This document shows, piece by piece, positions 56,416-64,000 of a DNA stretch of 64,000 bases (positions are counted from its first letter, which is position 1; each line of letters begins with the position of its first letter). Source of the stretch: Vulcanimicrobiota bacterium. Lineage in GTDB: Bacteria; Vulcanimicrobiota; Xenobia; Xenobiales; JADMJV01. A program made the translations under genes and the position numbers. The notes below the pieces were generated by a model. The model had not been told where the DNA came from, ran no database searches, and saw only the letters and a program-made list of their open reading frames with translations. The stretch is from positions 2,086,210-2,150,209 of the forward strand of contig JBFWNU010000001.1 in NCBI GenBank assembly GCA_050250895.1, in the 5' to 3' direction.

Positions 56416-57722
56416 TTCACTTCTTCATCGACAACCCGGTGTTGCTCAAGGAGCTTCGCATCGGCATGCGCGAGAAGCGCGTGCTGGTCATCCTCACGGG
56501 CTATCTAGCCGTGCTGACTTTCGTGGCCATCATGATGTTGGCGGACGGGCTCGACTACATCGAGGCCACCCGGCTACCTCAACTGGGGACCCAGTATTTC
56601 GGCGTGCTGTTCTGGATGCAGCTGGTGGGCGTGTTGCTGGTGACGCCGGGCTTGACCTCGGGCAGCCTGTCCGCCGAGCGTGAACGGCAGAGCCTGGACA
56701 TGATTCTTTCCTCTCGACTCACGGTGGCCGAGGTGGTGCTGGGCAAACTCGGCTTTGCCCTGGGGTTCATGGGGTTGGTGATGGTCTCGACCCTGCCCTT
56801 GCTGGCGGTCGTGTTCTTCCTGGGCGGAATCTCGCCCGGTCGCTTTGCCATGGCCTATGTCGAGCTGTTCGTGACCGCTCTTCTGTCGGCCCAGGTAGGT
56901 CTCGTCTTCTCCTCGCGCGAGACCCGCACCACCTATGCCAATAGCCACAGCTACGGCGTGGTGTTCCTGAGCCTGTTCACGGTGGTGCCATTCTACGCGG
57001 CCATGCGCGAGGACGGCAGCGCTCAGTTCTGGGCCTGGGTGTTGTTCGGCAGCACGCTGCTCTACTGCGTCCTCTTCCTATTCGTCAAGAGCCTTAACAA
57101 CATTCGCCCCTCGGCCACCTACCTCAAGGCCATGGCCTGGCTGATGGTGCTTTACTACCTGGGTGCGCTTGGCTCGGCTCTGGTGGTGCCTGAATGGGAA
57201 GAAGGCTTCTGGTACAGCTGCTATCTGGCCCACGCCTATCTGGTCGGCGTCTTTCTCAATGACGCCGGCGTGACCACCAGGGTCGAGAAGGAGCGCTTCT
57301 ACAAGAGTCTTTTCAGCCAGCCGCTCTTCTGGCTGCTCTTTTTCTGCGGCGGGCTGGCCCTGCCCGGGATCGCTCACAGTGACCGTCCCAACGAGGTGGT
57401 CAGCTCGGTCTTTTTGATTCTGGCCATCAGCGGCACGGGACTTTTCGCCCGCGGCCTGCATCGCCGGCTCAAGGTCAAACCCGCGCTGCCCGTGCTCTAT
57501 TTCAGCACCACCGCCGTGCTCTGTCTGTTGCCGTTTCTCTTCTTGTTCGGAGATGTCGAGCCGGGCCCGTTCAGCCCGGCGCTGGTCAGCCCTCTGGTGA
57601 CCGTGGCCCGCCTGTGGGACTATAGCGGCAGGGTCACCGAGTTCCCCTATATCGCCCTGATCGTCTACGGTTTGATGGCCGTACTGGGAGTGCTCTGGGG
57701 GGGCCACAAACGGACTCCGTGA
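56412..57722 (+). CDS. ABC-2 family transporter permease (about 436 aa, polytopic)
   Basis: ATGA overlap with the ATPase. More than eight hydrophobic helices. Confidence 0.78.
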   Translation: MIHFFIDNPVLLKELRIGMREKRVLVILTGYLAVLTFVAIMMLADGLDYIEATRLPQLGTQYFGVLFWMQLVGVLLVTPGLTSGSLSAERERQSLDMILSSRLTVAEVVLGKLGFALGFMGLVMVSTLPLLAVVFFLGGISPGRFAMAYVELFVTALLSAQVGLVFSSRETRTTYANSHSYGVVFLSLFTVVPFYAAMREDGSAQFWAWVLFGSTLLYCVLFLFVKSLNNIRPSATYLKAMAWLMVLYYLGALGSALVVPEWEEGFWYSCYLAHAYLVGVFLNDAGVTTRVEKERFYKSLFSQPLFWLLFFCGGLALPGIAHSDRPNEVVSSVFLILAISGTGLFARGLHRRLKVKPALPVLYFSTTAVLCLLPFLFLFGDVEPGPFSPALVSPLVTVARLWDYSGRVTEFPYIALIVYGLMAVLGVLWGGHKRTP

Positions 57723-58591
57723 AGGAACTTCTCGACCCTGTCTTCCTGCAGAAGCTAGAGCGTCTCCAGATGCTCTCGCGTCGGGTTCAATCGCGAGGGC
57801 CGGCCTCCCCTGGTGACCGGCAGACTCGCACTAAAGGCCGTTCGGTCGAGTTCGCCGAGCACCGCGAATACCGCCCCGGCGACGATTTGCGCCACCTCGA
57901 CTGGAACGCGTTCGGCCGTCTCGAGCGCCTCTATCTCAAGCTGTTCGTCGAGGAGCGAGAGCAGACCCTGACGCTGCTGGTGGATGGCTCGGCCTCGATG
58001 GAGTCCAAGACTCTCTTTTCGCGACGCCTGGCCGCGTCGCTGGCCTATGTCGCCCTGTCGAGTTATGATCGGGTGGCTCTGGGCTGGGTGGGTGACCGTC
58101 TCTACGACTACCAGCCTCCGCTGCGCGGGCGGTCGCGCATCACCAACGCCCTGCGTTTTTTGGCCGCCCACCAGTGCCGAGGGGCCACCGATCTCGATGC
58201 CGCGCTGACCGACTACAGCCGCCGTCACGGGCGACCAGGGATGGTGGTGGTGCTGTCGGACTTCTTCCAGGAGAGCGCCGGGCTCGAAGGCCTCAAAAGA
58301 ATTCGTTTCGAGAAGAACGAGCTACACGTGATTCAGATTCTCTCGCCTGACGAGCTCGAGCCGGACTTGAGCGGCGACCTCAAGCTCGTCGATGTCGAGA
58401 CCGGGGCCGGCCGTGAGCTGACCATGACCCGGCGGCTGGTCGAGAACTATCAGCAGGCTCTGGCCGAACACTGCCAGCGCATCTCGGATTGGTGCCGCCG
58501 CTACGGGTGCGGTTATGTGCGCAGCCGCACCGATATCGAACTCGAGCAACTGGTGCTCTCGACCCTGCGCCAGAGCGGGATGCTACGATGA
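57719..58591 (+). CDS. DUF58-family protein (vWA-like, MoxR-associated)
   Basis: DUF58 core (FAEHREYRPGDDLRHLDWNAFGR...LLVDGSASM). GTG start overlapping the permease stop. Confidence 0.85.
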   Translation: MKELLDPVFLQKLERLQMLSRRVQSRGPASPGDRQTRTKGRSVEFAEHREYRPGDDLRHLDWNAFGRLERLYLKLFVEEREQTLTLLVDGSASMESKTLFSRRLAASLAYVALSSYDRVALGWVGDRLYDYQPPLRGRSRITNALRFLAAHQCRGATDLDAALTDYSRRHGRPGMVVVLSDFFQESAGLEGLKRIRFEKNELHVIQILSPDELEPDLSGDLKLVDVETGAGRELTMTRRLVENYQQALAEHCQRISDWCRRYGCGYVRSRTDIELEQLVLSTLRQSGMLR

Positions 58592-60333
58592 ACTTTCTCG
58601 AGGGGGCCAATCTAGCCTGGGCAGCCCTGATTCCGGTGCTGGTGCTCTTCTATTTCATGAAGCTGCGCCGGCGCGAGGTGGCGGTGACGGCCGCTTTCTT
58701 GTGGCAGCGGGCCGCCCAACAGGCGCGGGTCGACTCGTTCTTTCAACGGCTCAAACTCAACCTGCTGCTACTGCTACAGTTGTTGGCGCTGGCGGCCCTG
58801 ATTCTGGCGCTGGCCCGCCCCTTTACGGTCGCTCCGGGTCGCTCTTCAGACCAGCTGGCCCTGGTGGTGGACACTTCGGCCTCGATGCAGGCGCAGGGCC
58901 GTTTTGAGCAGGCGCGCCAGAAAGCGCTCGAGGTCGTCCGCCGGGCCCCCCGGGGGGCCGAGTTCATGGTAGTGGCGGCGGGGGCCCAGTTGCGCGTGGT
59001 GCTGCCTTTCACCCAGGATCGGGATCGGGTTCGTCAGGCGCTCGAGCGGCTCTCGCCCGAGGATGTGGCGGGCAACCTGGAAGGGTTGTCGGGCCTGGTG
59101 CTGTCCACGGTCAGTTCCAAACCACGGGCCGAAGTGTTCCTGTTCGGAGATCAGCTGCCCGAGGGTACTCTCCACCCGCGCTTTCGCTTTTTCGGCTTTG
59201 GGGCACAGGTTCCCAATCTAGCCGTGGCCAGCTTCAACGTCACTCGCGAGCGCGACAAGTTGCTGGTGTTTGCGGCTGTCGAGAGCCACGCCGAGGCGGT
59301 CGAGACCCGCACCGCCACCGTGCGCCGGGGAGGACGAGTGGTCTACTCGCGCCCACTCCAGGTGCCGGCTGGGGGGCGCCGCACGCTACTATTGTCTCAG
59401 CCCGCCGACGGACCCGACGACTTCGAGTTCGAACTGTCGCCTCACGATGCCCTCGAGGCCGATGACCGGGCCTATGCGGTGGTGCCGCTCGAGCGCCGGG
59501 TCAAGGTGGCGGTCATCGGCAAGAACTCGTTTGCTGAGCGGGCGCTCCTGGCGGTCGAAGGGGTCGAGCTGTTTCGCCTCGAGCACCTCGAGCCGGGTTT
59601 TGACCTGGTGCTGTGGTGCGCTGGCGTCGAGCCCACCGGACCCGGAGTCGGGTTGGTGTTGGGACTGCCTAAAGAGTGGGGCGGAAAGCCCCACAAAGGT
59701 CGGCAGACCCTGACCGGTAGCGATCATCCCCTCATGGCCGGATTGCCCTGGGACCAGGTGGCCGTGGGAGACACCACCGCCGTAACCGTGCCCCAGGGTT
59801 GCCAGACGCTGGCCCGAGCGGGACAGGACCCCGCTTTGATTCTGCGCCGGAGTCAGGGCCAGACCACCCTCTTCGTGGGCTTTGATCTCTATCGCTCTAA
59901 CCTGCCGCTGTCGCCGCTATTGCCGATTCTGATGGCTCGCTTTATCGAGACGGAGGTGCGTCCCTTTCGGGCCGCGGTGCCTGACCAGGCCCTGACGGGC
60001 GCGGGGCTCTCGATCCGGGCGCCGGGCCAGGTCGAGGTGACCAACCCCGAGGGGCACCACTTCCAGGTGGCCGATGGGCTGTTTCTGGAAACCAGCCGGT
60101 CCGGCTTCTATCGGATCGATTTCGAGGGCCAATCGCGGCGAGTGGCCGTCAATCTCTTCTCTTCCCAAGAATCGACCTTGCTCGAGGCGCCCGAGGACGT
60201 GCTGGGAGTTGCCACGGAGAATGCCGCCAGCACCCGCAGCCTGGCCCAGGAGTGGTGGTGGCAACTGGTGGCGCTGGGACTGCTGGTGCTGGTGGGCGAG
60301 TGGCTTCTTTTTCATCGCCGGGAGGGTCTGTGA
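58588..60333 (+). CDS. BatA-like protein: aerotolerance-regulator N-terminal transmembrane domain plus vWA domain
   Basis: N-terminus MNFLEGANLAWAALIPVLVLFYFMKLRRRE, a second transmembrane segment, and vWA MIDAS motif DTSASM. Confidence 0.8.
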   Translation: MNFLEGANLAWAALIPVLVLFYFMKLRRREVAVTAAFLWQRAAQQARVDSFFQRLKLNLLLLLQLLALAALILALARPFTVAPGRSSDQLALVVDTSASMQAQGRFEQARQKALEVVRRAPRGAEFMVVAAGAQLRVVLPFTQDRDRVRQALERLSPEDVAGNLEGLSGLVLSTVSSKPRAEVFLFGDQLPEGTLHPRFRFFGFGAQVPNLAVASFNVTRERDKLLVFAAVESHAEAVETRTATVRRGGRVVYSRPLQVPAGGRRTLLLSQPADGPDDFEFELSPHDALEADDRAYAVVPLERRVKVAVIGKNSFAERALLAVEGVELFRLEHLEPGFDLVLWCAGVEPTGPGVGLVLGLPKEWGGKPHKGRQTLTGSDHPLMAGLPWDQVAVGDTTAVTVPQGCQTLARAGQDPALILRRSQGQTTLFVGFDLYRSNLPLSPLLPILMARFIETEVRPFRAAVPDQALTGAGLSIRAPGQVEVTNPEGHHFQVADGLFLETSRSGFYRIDFEGQSRRVAVNLFSSQESTLLEAPEDVLGVATENAASTRSLAQEWWWQLVALGLLVLVGEWLLFHRREGL

Positions 60334-63095
60334 GCTTCGAGTTCGGCCGACCCGTCTATCTCGTCTTGTTGTTGCTGCTGGCGCCGGTCATCTGGACCAG
60401 CCTCAAGAGCCGGGTCGATTTGCCCCCCTGGCGGCTGTGGTCGGCCACCGTCTTGCGCTGTCTTTCGATGGTGTGCCTCGTGCTGGCCCTGGCCGGCCTC
60501 AAGAAAAGCCTGCCGGCCGATCGGATGACGGTGCTCTTTCTGGTGGACCGCTCGCTTTCCGTGGGCAGTCAGGCGCTCCCCTGGACCGAGGAGTATGTCG
60601 ACCGGGCTCGCCAGGTCATGGGCAAGAACGATCGTTTCGGAGTGCTCGTCTTCGGTGAGCAGACCTCGTTGGAGCTGGGTCCTGCTCACCATCAGAGGGT
60701 CTCCCGCTTTACCGCCCAGGTCGAGCGCGACGGCAGCGACCTGGCCACGGCCATCCGCTTCGCCTGCGCCAACTTTCCCGCCGACGCGGCTCGGCGTATC
60801 GTGCTCATCTCGGACGGTAACGAGACCGCCGGCCAGGCTGCTCGCGAGGCCGAAATGGCGGCCGGCCTGGGGGTCGAGGTGTGGACGGTGGCGATGCCGG
60901 CGGCCACGGGTGCCGAGTTCCTGGTGGAAGAGGTCGAGGTGCCAGGTCGTCCGGCCGTCGACTCGCCCTATGACGTGAAGGTGACCCTGGCCGCCAGTCG
61001 CGCGGCGCAGGGTCAGCTGACCCTGCGCCGCAATGGTCAGGTCATCGCCCGTCAGAAGGTCAGCCTGGAGGAGGGCCGCAACGTTTACCTGGTGCCCCAG
61101 CGGGCGCCCGAGCCGGGGGTCTACGCCTATACCGCCAGCCTCGAGGTCGAAGCCGACACCAATGCCAGCAACAACAAGGCCGAAGGCATCGCCATGGTAG
61201 AGGGACCACGTCAGTTGCTCTATGTGCACGGCGGAGGGTCGGCTCCGGGACCAATCCCCGACTTGCTGCGGGCCAGCGGCCTGCGGGTGAAGGTGGTCGC
61301 AGCTGGCGAGCTACCGGGAGATCTGCCCGGTTGGCAGGCCTATCAGGCGGTCGTCTTCGACAACGTCTCGGCCTTCGAGGTCAGTCCCCGTCAACTGGAG
61401 TGGATCGCTGCTCTCACCCGGGAGTTGGGCGTAGGCTTCGCGATGCTGGGCGGGGGCGACTCGTACGGAGTGGGGGGCTACCTCAATACCCCGGTGGCTG
61501 AGGTTTTGCCGGTCGAACTCGATATACGCAAAAAGAAGAAGACGGCCCTGGTGTCCCTGGCCATGGCCATCGACAAGAGTGGCAGCATGGCCGCGGGCGA
61601 CAACGGCGTCGACAACATGGCTCTGGCCCGTGAGGGAGCCATCGCGGCCGCCTCGGTTCTGACCGAATATGACCAGGTGGCGGTGGTAGGTTTTGACTCG
61701 GCCGCCAAGTGGGTGGTGCCGATGGGTCCGGCCAAGAACAAGAAGGCCATCGCCGCCAAAATCGGCACCTTGCGGGCCGGGGGCGGCACCGACCTCTTTC
61801 CGGCCTTTCGCCAATGCCTGACCGCTCTGGACAAGACCAACACCCCGCTCAAGCATCTGATCGTGCTCTCGGACGGGGCGGTCGCTCCGGCCGACTATGA
61901 CAGCTTGTTGCGCCAGTGCGTCGAGAAGAAGATCACCGTCTCGGCGGTGGCAGTGGGCCAGGGGGCCGACGTCAAGTTCCTGTCTGAATTGGCCCAGAAG
62001 GGAGGCGGCCGAGCCTATTACACCGATTCGGGGCACACCCTGCCGCGCATCTTCACCCGCGACACCGTCATCGCCGCCCGGGCCGCCTTTTCAGAGAAGC
62101 CTTTCCGGCCCGAGGTGGTGGACACTCATCCGATTCTGGCCCGATTTCATGCGGCTACGGCTCCGCCGCTGGGTGGCTACAATTTGACCTCGGAGCGGGG
62201 GGCGCCGGCCCAGCTTTTGTTGGCCGGGCCCAAGGGCGACCCCCTGCTGGCCGTCGGCCGGCACGGACTCGGCAAGACGGTGGCCTGGACCAGCGACAAC
62301 GGCACCCGCTGGGCTCATTCCTGGGCGGGATGGCCCGATTTTGCGGTGCTGCTGACCTCGTCGCTGCGCTATCTCTTGCCCGATGCCGAAAGCGGCGGTC
62401 TGCAAGCCCGGCTCGAGCGCGGCGATGGGGGCCGGGTGGCCCTGAGCGCCTCGCTTCCAAGCGCTGGCGAGGGTGATGTCGTCGCTCGCCTGATCGCACC
62501 CGACGGGACCACTTCAGAGGTTCACCTCGATCAGACCGCTCCCACTCGCTTTCTGGGCGATTTTCGGCCTGACCAACCGGGCAACTGGATCGTGCACCTG
62601 GCCGACCGTAGCAGCGGCAAGACTCTCACTCGCGTCTGGAATGTGCCTTACTCTCCAGAGCATCGTCGCCTGGGCACCGACACCCGTCGTCTACAGGCCA
62701 TCGCCACCGCCGGGCAGGGCAAGTTCGACGCTCCCGCCGAACAGGTTTTTGCGCCACCGACCCATCCGACTCGCCTGGGGCAGCCCGTCTGGTCGAGCCT
62801 GGTGCTCTGCGCCCTCTTGTGCTTACCTCTGGAAGTGGCCATCCGGCGGGTGTTTCTACCGCGTCGCGAACGCAACGAGAAGCCTGTGCCAGCCGAATCT
62901 CCACCCCGAGTGTCGACGGTGGCAGCCCTCAAGCAGGTCAAGCAGTCCCCGCCCGCCAGGAAGCACCTGCCTAAGTTGATCGTTCCTACCGCTTCCCCTG
63001 GACAAAAGCCAGAGTCTACGCCTGCGGCCGCGGGAGGCTCTCATCTCGATCGTCTCAAGCAGGCCAAGAAGCGAGCCCACGAGCAGGACGACTAG
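60330..63095 (+). CDS. BatB-like large membrane protein with two vWA domains (about 921 aa)
   Basis: GTG overlapping the upstream stop. BatA-N-like transmembrane start (RPVYLVLLLLLAPVIWT), vWA domain 1 (DRSLSVGS...ISDGNET), vWA domain 2 (DKSGSMAAG...SDGAV), a late transmembrane segment, and a Pro/Lys-rich tail. Confidence 0.75.
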   Translation: MSFEFGRPVYLVLLLLLAPVIWTSLKSRVDLPPWRLWSATVLRCLSMVCLVLALAGLKKSLPADRMTVLFLVDRSLSVGSQALPWTEEYVDRARQVMGKNDRFGVLVFGEQTSLELGPAHHQRVSRFTAQVERDGSDLATAIRFACANFPADAARRIVLISDGNETAGQAAREAEMAAGLGVEVWTVAMPAATGAEFLVEEVEVPGRPAVDSPYDVKVTLAASRAAQGQLTLRRNGQVIARQKVSLEEGRNVYLVPQRAPEPGVYAYTASLEVEADTNASNNKAEGIAMVEGPRQLLYVHGGGSAPGPIPDLLRASGLRVKVVAAGELPGDLPGWQAYQAVVFDNVSAFEVSPRQLEWIAALTRELGVGFAMLGGGDSYGVGGYLNTPVAEVLPVELDIRKKKKTALVSLAMAIDKSGSMAAGDNGVDNMALAREGAIAAASVLTEYDQVAVVGFDSAAKWVVPMGPAKNKKAIAAKIGTLRAGGGTDLFPAFRQCLTALDKTNTPLKHLIVLSDGAVAPADYDSLLRQCVEKKITVSAVAVGQGADVKFLSELAQKGGGRAYYTDSGHTLPRIFTRDTVIAARAAFSEKPFRPEVVDTHPILARFHAATAPPLGGYNLTSERGAPAQLLLAGPKGDPLLAVGRHGLGKTVAWTSDNGTRWAHSWAGWPDFAVLLTSSLRYLLPDAESGGLQARLERGDGGRVALSASLPSAGEGDVVARLIAPDGTTSEVHLDQTAPTRFLGDFRPDQPGNWIVHLADRSSGKTLTRVWNVPYSPEHRRLGTDTRRLQAIATAGQGKFDAPAEQVFAPPTHPTRLGQPVWSSLVLCALLCLPLEVAIRRVFLPRRERNEKPVPAESPPRVSTVAALKQVKQSPPARKHLPKLIVPTASPGQKPESTPAAAGGSHLDRLKQAKKRAHEQDD

Positions 63096-63117
63096 TTGCC
63101 CCCCCGAAGGCGGCGCA

Positions 63118-63945
63118 ATGCCTGACTACATTCCTTTTGATAAGATTCCTTTACCTGATGTGGTCAAGCCCTATGCGCCCATACTCTTTAGCGCGCTCTA
63201 CGGCCTGATCATTCTTGTCATCGGTTGGCTAGTCTCCAAGACCGTCAACAGCCTGGCCCTGAAGGCCCTTCGTAGAGCCAAGGTCGATGAGGCTCTGACC
63301 CGCTTTCTGGCTTCGATTGCCCAGTACGTGGTGCTGGTGGCCACCATCATCACCGCCCTGGGTAAGGTTGGGGTCGAGACTACCAGCCTGGTGACCATCC
63401 TGGCCTCGGCCGGTCTGGCCATCGGACTGGCCTTGCAAGGCTCGCTGTCGAACTTCGCTAGCGGAGTCATGATTTTGTTTTTTCGCCCCTTCGTGCTGGG
63501 CGACCGCGTCACCACCGGCGGGCACACCGGCATCATCGACGATATCGGCATCTTCTCGACGGCCATGCTCACTCCGGCTAACGAGAAGGTCATCATCCCC
63601 AACTCGGCCGTCACCAGCAACACCATCGTCAATTTCAGCGCCACCGGCACCCTGCGAGCCACCATCGACGTGGGGGTTGCCTACGGAACCGACGTCAAGC
63701 AGGTGGAAGAACTGCTCAAGAAGGCTGCCGTCGAGACCGAGCTGGTCCTGCCCGAGCCCGAGCCGTTGGTGCTGTTTACCGGGCTGGGGGCCAGTTCGCT
63801 CGACTTCAAGGTGTTCGCCTCGGCCCAGACTCCCGATTTCCCCTTCATGCAGCACAACCTGCGCACCAAGATCTACGACCGCCTCAACCAGGCCGAGATC
63901 GAGATCCCTTTCAATCAGATCGTGGTGCATCAGTCCGGTAGTTAA
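63118..63945 (+). CDS. mscS: Small-conductance mechanosensitive channel MscS
   Basis: Three transmembrane segments followed by the MscS beta domain (ILFFRPFVLGDRVTTGGHTGIIDDIGIFST). 275 aa. Confidence 0.87.
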   Translation: MPDYIPFDKIPLPDVVKPYAPILFSALYGLIILVIGWLVSKTVNSLALKALRRAKVDEALTRFLASIAQYVVLVATIITALGKVGVETTSLVTILASAGLAIGLALQGSLSNFASGVMILFFRPFVLGDRVTTGGHTGIIDDIGIFSTAMLTPANEKVIIPNSAVTSNTIVNFSATGTLRATIDVGVAYGTDVKQVEELLKKAAVETELVLPEPEPLVLFTGLGASSLDFKVFASAQTPDFPFMQHNLRTKIYDRLNQAEIEIPFNQIVVHQSGS

Positions 63946-64000
63946 CAACTCGTTCAAGAATCCGCTGGTCAGGCTGGCTATTCTACTATGAATCACGCCA

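Noticed and set aside
1-64000. Searched for CRISPR arrays, tRNA/rRNA genes, integrases, transposases and IS inverted repeats
   Set aside because: No regularly spaced direct repeats, no cloverleaf-like conserved tRNA boxes noticed in intergenic regions, and no recombinase-like ORFs. The window appears to be chromosomal backbone with small acquired islets only.

Overview
High-GC (roughly 65%) bacterial chromosomal segment; the window starts inside a gene and the taxon is not resolvable by eye. I found no rRNA, tRNA, CRISPR array, integrase or transposase. All protein-family assignments below are motif recognition from memory, not database hits.

Main content:
- A complete aceE(partial)-aceF-lpd pyruvate dehydrogenase operon, followed by a GNAT acetyltransferase and an HExxH protein.
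- An XRE regulator and a divergent locus: a methyltransferase with a possible PqqD-like C-terminal domain, a Cys-rich Tat-like small protein, a Met/His-rich outer-membrane barrel and a second methyltransferase.
- Two toxin-antitoxin modules. An AbrB/MazE-like antitoxin plus Doc toxin sits on a lower-GC islet next to a decayed Uma2 endonuclease fragment. A HepT-like/MNT pair is in reversed gene order with a non-canonical motif.
- An ABC-F ATPase.
- Type IV pilus / type II secretion-like machinery scattered over three loci. The first locus is pilM-pilB translationally coupled to an acyl-CoA ligase, a YkgJ-type Cys-cluster protein, a PlsC-like acyltransferase with a glycine-zipper tail and a glycine-zipper paralog; pilC is convergent and a CheY-like receiver divergent from it. 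Two further operons carry minor pseudopilins, one with a giant PilX-N protein and one headed by a cell-wall amidase and a second GspF and ending in a prepilin::PD40 beta-propeller fusion. No secretin, PilN/O/P, major pilin or prepilin peptidase is in the window.
- Several secreted PD40 beta-propeller proteins, including a 1037-aa propeller-amidohydrolase fusion, and two HExxH peptidase-like proteins.
- A frameshifted, truncated luciferase-like monooxygenase pseudogene convergent with a methyltransferase.
- An ADP-ribosylglycohydrolase mini-operon, two MscS-family channels, a Fcy1-type cytosine deaminase, and a YfhO membrane protein.
- An eight-gene translationally coupled MoxR / DUF58 / BatA / double-vWA (Bat-like) operon with an ABC-2 transporter embedded.

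The regions I consider most likely to hold something undescribed are the methyltransferase / Cys-rich peptide / Met-His barrel locus, the pilus-ATPase / acyl-activation operon, and the amidase / GspF / pseudopilin / prepilin::propeller operon.
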